This document shows, in pieces, positions 1-13,600 of a DNA stretch of 64,000 nt (its first letter is position 1; each line of letters starts with the position of its first letter). Origin of the DNA: Antedon mediterranea. Lineage: Eukaryota; Animalia; Echinodermata. A model generated the notes under the pieces. That model saw only the letters and a list, made by a program, of their open reading frames with translations, searched no databases and was not told the DNA's origin. The stretch covers positions 26,970,001-27,034,000 of the forward strand of contig NC_092674.1 of assembly GCF_964355755.1 (NCBI RefSeq), in the 5' to 3' direction. Made by a program: the position numbers and the translations under genes.

Positions 1-1151
1 TAAAAATATTGTTCCTGGCCCTGGTTCTAGTAGCTAGCTAAACTCAGTTTATTTTGCGTTATACGAAAGTTGGCTTTCCATAGCTTTCTGTCATGCTTTC
101 TGTCCAGTACTTTTTAGTCGGTACTAGTCAGTACTACAGCTCATTATGTCGGTCGGTTGGTCGGTCGGTCTCAAATTTGAGTACGCGACTGCAGCCGCCA
201 TGTATATGGCCTTGTTTGCATACCATACACTTCTCTCTAAAACAAGGACTTTTTCCAAAAAGAGGTATAATTTGAACAGGCTTCTTTATTATTGATTCAA
301 TTATGGACGATAGAAACAGAAGGACTAAAGTGGTGTTACAAAATAAACAAAGGCTTCTTTGTAGCGCATACGCCGTTACATACATAGGCATACATGGTAA
401 ATTACATTATTTGATAGTCTACAGATTAACTTTAGTTTCAGGTTTTTTACGGAACAATATTATAATTCAAATATAAAAATTGCATATTTTGATAATTTTT
501 CGGAGACTCCGATCGTAAGAAAATGAACTTTTCGTAGTCCGATTTTAATGAAATTAAATACAATTGTTCACCAACATATTCTTGTTGTCAATTAATCCTC
601 GACGCATGCATGTCAATAGAACAATCAGACTGCGCATACGATTTATAAATGGGTATGTTTTGTTGTAAGTCTTTATTTACAATAGGTATTTACTTTCTAT
701 AGAGGGCCGCGGCAGCATGGCAGCACAGAGTGCTCGTCCGATTGGCAGCAGCTTTAGCATACCAAAGAACCCCATTTCGAAAAGATTGGTCTGCAAAATT
801 TAATCTCCAAAAAAGCCCATCTTGAAATCAAGCCCACAGTGGGCTTCTTTTTAAGATAAAATATTTGAATAATCGCAATGTGAAGGAGTCACTGATTAAT
901 TTGAACATCATATAGGCATTGCTGCTAATTTACACTTCTATGATGCTATGGAGCACATATACATATAGCTCAATGCCTTAACCTTTGAAAAAAGAAATTC
1001 TAGTCTCAATGTGTATGCTTTCTTTTATTTCAATTGCTACAGTATTAGACCTATACAGGTAGTATTGAATAAAGTGAATATCAAATGGGCTTACATTATG
1101 TTTTACGTTTTTATTATAGCCTTAACAGCTTAAGAGTAGGCATTAATGCTA

Positions 1152-1871
1152 TTAAACATCGAAAAGGAGAAAACCTGTAAAGGTCACAGGGCGACCAGTA
1201 GTACCGTAAACATAACTAGATCCTCCAGCATTTAGCCACACCTGGTCACCAGTTTTTAGTTGAAGGGTTGCTCCATACGTCTGTTGAGCATGACCTTTAG
1301 AATAACTTCGAGTCACTTGCGCAATGACCCTCCCATTAAACATCAAACTGACATCTGCTCGAATTCCTTGAGAATCATTTTGAGCATAGCTAAATATAAA
1401 ATAATACACGCCAGGATATTGACATGTAAACATTCCGCTATTTTTGTTAAAACTATTGCCGTAATTAAGTTCCATTGTAGTGAAAGTGATAAATGTCTCT
1501 GGAGGGATTATTGGAGTTGTGCGTAGTGCAGTGAATGCAGACTTTCTAACAACTGCTTGCACCCCGGGATTTCCTTTATCGCCTTTTAATCCGGTATCCC
1601 CCTTAGGACCGACGGGTCCTGCTATTCCTGTTAATCCTATAGGTCCGTCATCACCTTTCATTCCAGGGTCTCCTTTCTGGCCTTGATTTCCTTGATGCCC
1701 AGCTATGCCATGTGTTCCAGGGATCCCTGGCATTCCAGGTGTACCTTGACAGCAAACGTTGCAAGTGTTATTAGCAGCAGCATTGCCTTGTTCATCATAT
1801 GCATTGGTTACACCAATTACAATACATAGACCCAATATGCCTACACACCAGGTAAATGGCCGACTCATCAT
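1152..1871 (-). CDS. Secreted C1q/TNF-related (CTRP/adiponectin-like) protein: signal peptide, Cys-rich N-terminus, short collagen domain, globular C1q domain
   Basis: 239-aa ORF. Hydrophobic signal (WCVGILGLCIVIGVTNA), CNVCC motif, 21 uninterrupted Gly-X-Y triplets (GTP...GVQ), then gC1q motifs SAFTA, FTCQYPGVYYF, LQLKTGDQVWL, TFTGFLLF. Acceptor AG at 1875-1876 just upstream of the ATG and a possible donor (AAG|GTAAG) at 2372 suggest a 5' UTR intron. Confidence 0.93.
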   Translation of the reverse strand: MMSRPFTWCVGILGLCIVIGVTNAYDEQGNAAANNTCNVCCQGTPGMPGIPGTHGIAGHQGNQGQKGDPGMKGDDGPIGLTGIAGPVGPKGDTGLKGDKGNPGVQAVVRKSAFTALRTTPIIPPETFITFTTMELNYGNSFNKNSGMFTCQYPGVYYFIFSYAQNDSQGIRADVSLMFNGRVIAQVTRSYSKGHAQQTYGATLQLKTGDQVWLNAGGSSYVYGTTGRPVTFTGFLLFDV

Positions 1872-3669
1872 TATCTACATAGATGAATAAAAACAGATCA
1901 TTAAGCTTGGTTCTCACTAGGACTATAACCAATCACAGTTGATCTGTTGCGGATTGTTCAAATTACTAAAAAGTCAGTGCGTTCGGCATAGAAAAAAAAA
2001 CACCAATCTTTATAGTGTACTCTACTTTTCTTCAAATTTGGAGCAAGTTTCTGGAACCCTCTGCCAATAGACTTAAGGGAACTAATATCGATAGATCTAT
2101 TTAAGAAGTGAGAATGTGTGTCCCTATACAGAAATGTATTACTAGACTAGCAGTAGTATATTAAGACAACAAGTTTTGAAGGAAGAAGGTACAGTGCAGT
2201 AAGACCAGACACTAAATATGGTAGTGATATTCCCAAATATAGTAGTAAAATTACATTATCATGTCCATATATGGGCACATAACATTTTTTTGTCACATCA
2301 AGTTTGATAGTAACAATCAGAATTATTAAAGAAAACTGACAAACTAAATCTTCACAAAAACATGGCTCTTACCTTAAACATGTTGCTAGTTTCATGAAAA
2401 TGTGGAAACAAACCAAGCTGCATGATATGGCTTGTTATAATAGGTTTGAAGATTATCATGTGGTCAAAAATGCATCTTCTGTTTGGTTGATAAATTTAGC
2501 ACTTGTTGTATTGCTACAATCATCAATTAATTGGTATCTTTACCATTTTATTATCTATACCATGTTTCGGCTTAAACTAAAAGCAGACTTAGATCTGTCC
2601 TCCTGTAAGTCACGCATTCGTTTGGAAACCTTTCAACAATTAATATATTGTACAAATTATACATCTGTAATTACATCAATTTTAACGGCTTACTTTCATG
2701 TAGATTAATGTGTGGAGAAAGAATATTTACATTATATGATAACAAACTTTTATAATAAGTACTGCATACTGTACCTACTATTTCACTCGTTCTCGCGTGT
2801 CTTGGTTTATCGTGACATGGTATACTTTCATTTCAATTCACATGCAGAGTTTAGTTAATCCAATTTCAAGTGTTTAATGTCTTTATATGTAGCGTTTACA
2901 CACCTGTAAAATTCACATCAATTATGCTTTTAATGCTTAATTTTGTCAAGTTCGTGTTGTGCAGAATGTTTACTTATAATTTATATCATTCCTCCTGAAA
3001 TTGAAAAATAAGACTTTCCATAAATTAATTGATGTACATGGGTAATTGGAATTTTTTTCAAATTTGTTTCTTTTATGACAGGTTCCCAATTTTCTCATGA
3101 TATTAAAATGAATATATCATTGAGTAATAATAAATAAAACCTGTACCATTTTTGCAAAAATAATTATAGTTAAATTACTGTACAAGATAAAACCCTTGTG
3201 GCGTGCCACACTTGTTTGCGCCGCCACGGTTTGGTGCTTGATCCGCGATCGACCATACTTGCGATCGCGACACGGCAAAATAAAAAGTCCATAAAAAACG
3301 TAAGTAGTAGCCACTAAAAACGTTAAATAATCTTATTAATATGATTGTCCTTCACTAGTTGGATGTCATGTTCTACTAGAAAAACGTATTTAGATGTTGT
3401 TTAGTAGTATTTTAATACAATTAAGCCAAGATAATCTAGGCCTCTAAATAGCCGGTAATTGTTCTAATTTCTTAAAGCCGGTTTCTTTCTCACACCTGTC
3501 AAAGCTTCTCTTGTCCCTTGTAGTTTTTAGCAGTCGTTTCGTCCTTTTGACTATCAATCATTCCAAATGTTATTTATTAAAACAGTTTAAAATAGTATAC
3601 TACTGTACCACGCTTCTAAAAATAATACATTTGTTTCAGAGAGGCTACTTATAATAGATAATAAACAAA

Positions 3670-4079
3670 ATGGGGCTAAAATTTGGTAATCTTGCCAAGT
3701 ACAGTAATGTGATCACCTACTCTTTGTCGCCGTATGCACAAAAGCCCTTTGCAGGTTTTTTCAAGAATGGAATTCCAAACTTATGGCGTAGATTCAGAAG
3801 CAAAGTATTTATTATGGCTCCACGTAAGTAATGTGTGACAAAAATGCGATTTTTTAGACTTAAACTACTGTAGTAAAAAAAAAATTTTTAAACAGAAATT
3901 TATTTTAAAAACAAGTGAATAATTGTTAGTAAAAGATCCAAATTCGATAAAACGAGCTTATAAATATTTCTTTTTCGTTTTCAGCTTTTATCTTTGGATA
4001 TCTTGTGTATTCGTGGGGAACTGAAAAACATAGACAACTAAGTCGCAAGGATCCTGCTGTCTACGCCAACGATGAATAG
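3670..4079 (+). CDS. UQCRQ: Cytochrome b-c1 complex subunit 8 (QCR8), two coding exons 3670-3823 and 3985-4079, 82 aa
   Basis: Manual splicing gives MGLKFGNLAKYSNVITYSLSPYAQKPFAGFFKNGIPNLWRRFRSKVFIMAP|PFIFGYLVYSWGTEKHRQLSRKDPAVYANDE*, matching the QCR8 pattern (FGNL, YSLSP, WG, RKDP..Y.ND). GTAAGT donor at 3824, TTTCAG acceptor at 3984, AATAAA at about 4312. Probable non-coding first exon ending near 3299, with acceptor at 3639. Confidence 0.95.
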
Positions 4080-4489
4080 ATATTGCATGTTTTATAAAGT
4101 TATAAAAATGTGTGAACATTTGTGTGGAAATTTCAGTAGGAATTTATCAATTGGAAGTTGATTTATACCATACAACAAACATTTTAAATTTTGCTTGCTC
4201 CTAATTGGAGACAAGACAACTGAAAAAAAAACTCCTAAGTTTGTGATTAGGACAATAAAAGCAATACTGTAATTTCTTTTGATTTGTTTGTTGCAGTAGA
4301 TGAGATGTTGAAATAAAAGTTTATTATCTATCAAACTTGTATATTTTATTGGTATAAAATATAAATTCTTGTTTGAATTGTATAACTATATAGTTAATTT
4401 GTAAATGTACATTATTTTTTCGGTTTTATACATAAAACGACGAGTATAGGAAGGACGTATACAAACATTTTCACTTTAATTTACAAACG

Positions 4490-4666
4490 GTTGGTGGCGC
4501 TATATATTGTTATGATAGAGGGGATTTGGATGGATTGCGAGAATCAAATGGTTTTCCGATCCCGCCCACCACCGCGACCGCCGCAAGAAAAAGTCGGGAT
4601 GGAACCTGGGTTAGGCCTAGGTTGATTATAGTTCAATTTAAAAACATTGTCTTTCTCCAAAGTGTA
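4490..4666 (+). promoter_or_regulatory. Probable PHKA proximal promoter / 5' UTR (small CpG-rich island)
   Basis: Local GC/CpG enrichment in AT-rich DNA with a GC-box-like CCCGCCC at 4561, directly upstream of the PHKA ATG. Confidence 0.4.
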
Positions 4667-7600
4667 ATGAGAAGCAGAAGTAATTCAGGTGTTCGCCTGG
4701 ACTTTTATAACAGGCTGGTATCAAACACAATATTATCCCACCAGGTACGTACTGTAGAGTGGCTAGAGCCAGGCCTAGCTAGCTAGAGTAGGATGGGGCA
4801 TTAGGCTCCAGTTTTACCATTCTTGCTTCTCATAATAACAACTAGGCCTAATAATATAGAACAAAGAATCCATTAATTAAATAACTTTATTAAACTAGAC
4901 TAGGCTAGCTAGCCTATTTTGATTTTTAAGAAAAGTTTAATTTAATTATTATTATACTATATTACTTTATTATTATAGAATCCGGTTACTGGACTTTTAC
5001 CAGCCAGCACCAATGAGAGTGATGCATGGGTCCGTGACAATGTGTACAGTATTATGGCTGTGTGGGGGTTAGCGCTAGCTTATAGGAAGCAGGCTGATTT
5101 AGACGAGGACAGAGCAAAAGCATATGAACTTGAACAGGTAAGTGAGCCATTCCATGCCAAATCAAATATTTTACCAACAATTCATCATAGTCATCATCTC
5201 AGATATTGCTAAAAATAAAATCACATGTACCTTTATAGAGCTCTTAAAAACTGTGTGTATAAATACAAATTGATCGATCTCGTACCACTCCAAATGTCAA
5301 ATTTAATATCTTGCTATCTTTATGGCAGCCTTTGCAAGTTTACATTTATAAAAAATAATCATTGACCTAAAGCTCTGTTTACACTATTAAATTAGTTTGA
5401 CAAAAAAGGTGTGATGTCCCCAAATATGGTAGTGATATGATATCATCGTCATGTCCATGTATGGGCACATCACATTTGTTTGTCACATAAAGTTTGATAG
5501 TGTCGACATAGCTTTACAAATATTTAATTTGATATTTAATGTGTATTTTGAAAAAAGGTGTGATGTGCCCAAATATGGTAGTGATATGGTATCATATATG
5601 AGCACATCACATTTGCAAGTCACATAAAGTTTGATAATGTAGACAGAGGTTTACAAATATTTAGTTGGATATTTAATGTGTATTTTGAAAAAAGGTGTGA
5701 TGTGCCCAAATATGGTAGTGATATGATATCATCATGTCCATATATGGGCACATCACATTTGTGTTGTCACGTTTGTCACATAAAGTTTGATACCTGTAGT
5801 GTAGACAGAGCTTTACAAATATTTAATTTGTATGTGTATTTTGATATTTGATTACTTGTTACAGAGAGTGGTAAAACTAATGAGAGGGTTACTGATGGCC
5901 ATGATGAGGCAAGGCAGTAAACTAGAAGCTTTCAAACAAACTCAAAGTCCTCAAGATTCACTCCATGCTAAGTTCAGCACTCAGACTGGTCACACTTGTG
6001 TTGGGGACAACGAATGGGGACATCTTCAAATAGATGCAACGTCACTCTACCTCCTAATGCTGTCACAAATGACTGCTTCAGGTACTTTTGTTTTTTTTAA
6101 ATCTCCCTTTTATTTATAGATTAAAGATGTATTTTTCCTTTAAAAAAAACATGGAAAATTGAAAAATAAAGATTAATGAAATCAGACTTTAAATAGGTCA
6201 TTTTGCAGTTTTAATAATGTTATCGTTTCCATAAACAAAAAAAACATGGAAAAATGAAAAATAAAGATTAATGAAATCAGACTTTAAATAGGTCATTTTT
6301 CAGTTTTAATAATGTTATCGTTTCCATAAACAAAAACATTTTCTGAAGACAAAATAAACGTTTAAATTCAACCAAAACCACATTGGGTGGCAGGCCAATC
6401 TGACTATATTTTTGAGATACTATTAATTAATAATATAATATTAATTCAATCACTATTATGTGAAAGTAAAATGGCATATTAAAAAAAAATGTTTTTTTTT
6501 TTATTAGGAGGACAATATATCTGTAATATATTTATTTCTATAATATTTTAATCTAAGTTATCATATTTTAGGGTTACAGATTATCTTTAGTCTTGATGAG
6601 GTGGCATTCATACAGAATCTAGTCTTTTACATCCAGTCTGCATACAGAATTCCGGACTACGGGATCTGGGAAAGGGGAGATAAGATGAATCATGGCTTAC
6701 CAGAACTAAATGCCAGCTCAATAGGAATGGCAAAGGTGAGAAATCGACACACGAGTATAAATGTGTACCATGGTGAATTATGTGTGGTATAAATGTGTAC
6801 CATGGTGAATTATGTGTGGTATAAATGTGTACCATGGTGAATTATGTGTGGTATAAATGTGTACCATGGTGAATTATGTGTGGTATAAATGTGTACCATG
6901 GTGAATTATGTGTGGTATAAATGTGTACCATGGTGAATTATGTGTGGTATAAATGTGTACCATGGTGAATTATGTGTGGTATAAATGTGTACCATGGTGA
7001 ATTATGTGTGGTATAAATGTGTACCATGGTGAATTATGTGTGGTATAAATGTGTACCATGGTGAATTATATGTGGTATAAATGTGTACCATGGTGAATTA
7101 TGTATACGAAAGATTGTCCCACAAAAAATATGGATAAAATCAATAAGCTATTTTGTACTATTCAACCCCCTCCCCCCCCCCCCCCCAAAAAAAAAAAAAA
7201 AAAATTTCTGTCATAAAAAAATACCTAATAAACAGTCACATTTAATCAACCTATTGACTTCCTCATTCGAATGTCCTCTTATTACCCACACTCCCCAGGA
7301 AAAAAATAATTTCTGTTATAAAAGAAAAAATAAACAGTAACATTTAATCAACCCATTGACTTCTATAATTCCTAAATCTCATGTTTTCTTTGATTTTAGG
7401 CTGCCATGGAAGCTATTAACGAACTTGATCTGTATGGGGCTAGAGGAGGTGCTGCGTCAGTGATACACGTGCAGTCTGATCACATTGCATGCTGTCAGGC
7501 TATTCTACACTCTATGCTACCAAAAGAATCCAGTTCAAAGGTTAGTTATTATCGCAGAATTGGTATCATTTACAACAATTTGGATGAGAACTTTAACCGT

Positions 7601-10600
7601 ATCAAAAAAATAGTGAAGACCATTTGATAGGAAAGCTTTTAGTCTTGGCCTTTCTTAATTAATTACATAAACTGACCCTAAGCCAAAATAGCATGGTAAA
7701 AAGTCTATGCAAGGTGCCTTAATAGAAACCCTGCTTATTTCTTAAAGCTCGGTCTACACTATCAAACTTAATGTTACAAAAAATGTGATGTGCCCATATA
7801 TGGACATGATGATGTCATATCACTACCATATTTGAGCATATCACTACCATATTTGAGCATATCACTACCATATTTGAGCACAACGCTTTTTTGTCAAACT
7901 AGTTTGATAGTGTAGACAGAGTTTAAGATATGCACATATATATAGTAAATTTATTTTTATTTTTGTAATTAAATAATCATTTCATCCTCGAGCCGTTTTT
8001 TTCTCTTTTTTTAAAGGAAATTGATGCTGGTTTATTAAGCGTAATAGGTTTCCCAGCATTCTCCTGCGATGATGAGAGCTTAGTAAATGTTACACGAGAT
8101 CAGATAATTGATAAATTAGACGGACAGTACGGGTGTAAGCGATTCCTGAGAGACGGATACAAAACGCCAAAAGAGGTAAACCTATTATAATTCACAGTAA
8201 TCACAAGTTTGTGCCATACAGGCTTTGAAACCACAATATATAATGAAATGTGATCGTTTCAATTAATTTAATTAAATTTCAATATATTATCGGGTATAGA
8301 ATTTATTCTGTGCCTGTAGTGTTCGAAAAATTGATATGTTATATTATTTGCTGTGCATTTCTGGTTAAATTAACAGAAACATACTATAATGCTCTGTTAT
8401 CACAACTTTACACACTAAAGGCTTTGAAACTCCATAGAGGAACAATATTGCAAAACAAATCCCATACATTTCAGATTTATGTCAGAATCGTTGCTTTAGC
8501 CAGTAGGTCTCACTTTGTAAATTATGAATTTGTTATTGTATGCAAATATTACCACAACATCAGCCTTATATTTTGTTTCTTCTAGGATCCCAATAGACTA
8601 TACTACGAACCAGCAGAGCTCAAGATATTTGAGAATATTGAGTGTGAATGGCCCTTATTTTGGACGTATTTGGTGTTGGATGGCGTATTCCGTGGTAACA
8701 AAGAGTTAGTTGATAAATACAGTGAAAAGCTTGATAGCAAATTAGTTAGACTGGAGAATGGAATTAAAGGTGTACCAGAGCTTTACTATGTACCAGAGGA
8801 AAAGGTAAATAGGAAGGAAACTTTCAATGTGACCTATGACCTATGATAAATTGCCAATGGTTCAGTCATGGCGCTTCCTTTGTTTTTCAGAACTATATAC
8901 GTGGTGTACCGCAAACTTATATCAACATTATTTTGTCATTTCTTGTAATATTGCTTAGGTCGACTTAGAGTATAAAAATCCCCATAGTCAAAAGCGTGAG
9001 GCCGGAGGAAAGATGCCACACATGTGGGGGCAGTCTTTATACATCTTAGGCTGTCTGTTAAAGGAGAAGTTTTTAGCACCGGGCGAGATTGATCCTCTAA
9101 ATCGTCGTTTTTCAACTGAACCAAAACCAGACCTCGTTGTCCAAGGTAAGAGAAACAAGAGAAGGAGGCATTTTTAAAGCTCTCTCTACACTATCAAAGT
9201 AAACCAAATATGGTAGTGATATGACATCATCATGTCCATAAATGGGAAAAATATCCTCATTAAAATTGAGCAGCCAAATTGCAGGAAAACCATGACATTG
9301 CATATTGATATTTAGTATTTTAATCAAAGACTTTCTAATATAAATTGTTCATTTTGAGTTAAAAAAACAATTTCTTATTATTTTTAATACAGTATTTCTT
9401 TTTCAATTCACAAATCTTAAAAATACAAATATTTGATTACAAATTGGTTTGTTTACAGTTGTTTTACTTGCTGAAAATGAAGAAATAAAACAGGCACTTG
9501 CTGATAAAAATATTCCAGTGGAGACCGTCTCTGAGGTATCCCCAATCCAAATTCACCCAGCCAGGGTGTTGAGCCAGCTTTACAAAAGACTTGGTAACAA
9601 TATTTGTTTGTATATAAAAAAAATTATTTTCAGATATTTGTCGTACACCATAGAATTATTGATATATATAATAAAGTTTTCAAATAATAAGAAAAATTAA
9701 GTAAATAAATGATATGTTTTTTTTACCATAACAGTTATTTGATGACTACACTTAAATTGTAGATATAAACATGGTTTTTTTAAATAAATTTTATCAATAT
9801 AGGACGGAGTGACAAACTCGGGTTGACAGGATGTCCAGTGCAATCAGTGGGTTTACTTAGTACAAGTAAACTGTACGTTCTTCATGATAAAACGTTAGCG
9901 TTTGTCCCGCAGGTAAGAAAAAAATTTCCAAAATCAATTAATCAATTAAATAAAAATGTGTCTAAAATGAAAAAAAAGTTTATGAATATTACAGCATGCA
10001 AAGTTTCAACTGAACGCAACTCAAAATTGTATAATTTTTATTATTTAGAACTAAAATTAATGTATATTTTTTTAGTTTTTAGACCAACAGCAATTTTACT
10101 TGGCTCTTGATGTAAATCTGTTAGTTGATATATTTCATCATGATGTTGCGTACCTTCGGTATAACTGGCGCGAGGTCGGCCGTCCAACGTTAGTTATGAC
10201 TGTAACTCACAGTATGTTCGGTAAGTAAAAGATTTATTTCATTGAATTATGTATTATGATTTCAATTTAATATTTAAGAAATATAGTACACAGGTTTTTT
10301 GATTATTATTATTTTTGTTAAGTACACAACTGAATTGAACATAGGCTTTACTATCTTGTACCCCTAATTTTTTTCTTTGTTGGCCCTAGCATTTAGTAGA
10401 AATATATCCATAATGATTGTACAATAACACGCATATATCATATAAATATAATATATAAAATGAATGAGATTAAATTTGTTTAAATAATTAAATTTCTAGA
10501 GAACATGCAACTGCAATCGGCTCTTCTGGCCACTATCCGTAAAGTGCGTACAGGATATTTCAGTGGGGTGCAAGTACTTATGCGAAGTCTGTCTGACTTT

Positions 10601-13600
10601 TTAAGCACAGCTTGTGTCAATCAATTAACTTTCTTAGAATCATCAGGTATGTTTATTATGTATGCATCCAACAACCTATGCTTTTAAACCTCGTCTCAAA
10701 AAAATAAATTCAGGAACTGTGATATGATTTGGACCAAGAACCATGTATAAGCAAGCATGTCACAGCATGCATAAGATAAAATACAAAGTATTTGTAAAAA
10801 ATCTATTTTTAAAATTTATTTTAAAATAGACTTGCTGCTTTTTGATTTTTCGCTGAAAAAAATGAACAATGGTTGTAAAAACTTACAAAGATATTGAATT
10901 TTGTGAAAGAATTTAGTCTAAATTTATGATATTGAAACAAAGTGCAATGTTTATTAAAGACTTTGACCAGTGAGGATAGATACATTGATAACAATGATAA
11001 CATTTTGCGCAAATAGCTAAACTAGCTTTTAAGCTCTGTCTACATTATCAAACTTTATGCAACAAAAAAACACCATGACGTCATATCACTACCATATTTG
11101 GGCACATCAAACTTTTTTGTAAAAACTAGTTTGATAGTGTGGACAGAGCTTTAGGCTTAGCAAAGAATGTATGAAAATAATGTGATTTATCCTCTCTGAT
11201 TCTTCAATATGTTATATGAATGAACTTTACTCATCAGCAAAACCTGATGCTCTAATAAGTACACTGAACGACCGACATCCCTCCCTGAACCTTCTCAGCA
11301 CTAAAGTGTCGTTAACTGAATCTAATTGGAGCCAAAAAACTGATAGACTTCGCAAACGTCGAATGTCTGGCACCATTCATCAGTTGCTGCAACGGACACG
11401 CTCCATTGATCTTGGCGAGTCGCCAGGTAGGCCTGTAGCAGATTGCCAAATGGATGAAAGCTAGGATCATACACACTTTTAAAAAGCTATCATATTTAAT
11501 TTTATACTATATCTAACTCAAATTTTAACATATAGTATTTCAGTTTATTCTTTACTATTCCATGAACTTTCTACTGTTCTAATACGAATCTATTGCGCTT
11601 ATTATACCAATACGCAAGAAATTTGTAATAGGTAGCAGGTAAAATGTCTGCAGACTCGGCCTGTAAAAAAAAAATATATAAAAAAAAGATAACACAATCC
11701 AATTCAATGTTACTTTAGATTCTAAGCAATTTTTAAACATAAACAAAGAAAATTTAAGTTTAAATTTTAGAATTAAAAAGCTGCTTCTTTATAACACCCA
11801 TTGAGGGCCCTTTTCTGGGTCAGATTCACGATCGTAGCGCCATCAAATTAATACATCCTCATCTATAGCATAAATTTGATGTATTGTCCCTTTGACTAAT
11901 TCCAACAAATTTTTTTTTAAATATTTCGAAAAAAGGGGGTATCATATCATAATAGTTATTAACTTTCACCAAAAATTAGTCAAAAAAAAAAAAATTTAAC
12001 CGAAATACAGACGTTTTTTTGTTCAAAACGTGACGATTTTCCAGACGAAATGTAATCAAATTAATATACCTGTTAATTACGTAACCTTGTTGTTTTTGGC
12101 TCGAATTTTCGACTTAAGATGGATAACTTTAATATTACTTTGATATGGCCAATTTAAATTTAGAATATTTTTTTTTCATTTTTTGCGTTTCAAGGGACAA
12201 TACATCTTTTAAACAGCTTTTTATTATTGTTGTTTATCATTATGATGGCTTTAAGTGTGTTTGATCTGTTTGTGTTTCTTTGTTACACATCCTTTCCTGT
12301 TACTGCCTGGAATAATATAATACAAAGTTTATTGTGGTAAAAGCTAACAAATGTATTTATTTTATTTATAAATTTTCATTTATTAGAATGAAAAGAAATG
12401 ATGGTTGGAGGATTGAGGTTATTTCTTGCCTTTTTTAACCAACATTAACAATTTATTCCAAATTTTTTTTTATGATTTGCCAAAATACCATGAAGTGTAG
12501 CAAAAGTTTAATACTTGTGTTCATAAATAAAAGGCAGTGAGAAATTGTTCTTTGTAAATGTTAACAAAAAAAATGTATGTTGTGAAATATTTCAATCCTC
12601 CACTGATCATAAAGTGCATGTTTGGGTGTGCTCTTGCTTGCATGTGATTCCTTCTATATTGATGTAATTCTAGGCAATTATAAAAGTATTATACAGCAGC
12701 TTGATGATATGAATGATAATGATTGGTGCCCAATGCCATTCCTGCCTAGCATTAGGAAAGTAAATCCGTTAAAGCCACTGCCACGAAATATCACTGATCC
12801 TACGTTAGATCTAATCTCAAACATGACAAAAACTGCATCACAAACAAAGAGTCCGGTGTCGGGTATAATTCAACAAACACGTCTGATTAGCCGAACAGGT
12901 ATTTCTATTTTGTTTGTGAATATTTCTTTAAAGGTTCAATCCTGAGATTAGAAGAAGTCTTTGTACAATACTTAACATATCATTGCCATAGGGGCTTGCT
13001 TTAAAGTTTTGTCCACACTATCCAAAAAATGTGATGTGCTCAAATATGGTAGTGACATGACATCATCATGTCCGTATATGGGCACATTTTTTTTGTCGCA
13101 TTAAGTTTGATAGTGGAGACGGAGCTTTAGACGTCTTGCACTAGAAGTTCTTGCTTTTGTAGTTGTGAAAATGTTGTTTTTGTTAATACAGCAATTAATG
13201 AAAGATTTGTTTAGTTTTAAATTAATCTCTTTATCATTTTCCTTAGAGTAAACTATTTTATTTTGTACTTTCATTTGCATCTTGAAAAACAATTGCTTTT
13301 TGTATTTTCAAAGAAACAATTTATACTTATACAAAATAATTATTATTTTTAGCATAGCATAAATAATTCAAAATTATCTAAAATAAATTTTTATCATATT
13401 TTAAAATAATTCATAATTCATACTTACAAAATTATTATTATTAATTATCATGTCATCATACTTTTTCATCATATTTGTAATTGTCACACTGCCTGTAAAC
13501 AATCATAAAAAAAATTTTTTTATTTAGATATAAAATTCATTATTAGAAATCATAGTTATAATGATGACCATTGTGATATTTGTGTTAAATAAAAGTTTAA

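Noticed and set aside
1260-1686. Plus-strand ORFs overlapping the C1q gene
   Set aside because: Antisense shadows of the collagen/C1q coding sequence.
4526-4666. N-terminal extension of PHKA suggested by the ORF track
   Set aside because: Starts at a non-ATG codon; the conserved PHKA start MRSRSNSG is at 4667.
6755-7103. CRISPR-like 32-bp repeats
   Set aside because: No unique spacers, no cas genes, located in a eukaryotic intron: a plain minisatellite.
9050-9095. Apparent frameshift in PHKA exon 8
   Set aside because: Careful reading gives [18 protein letters not shown] in one frame.
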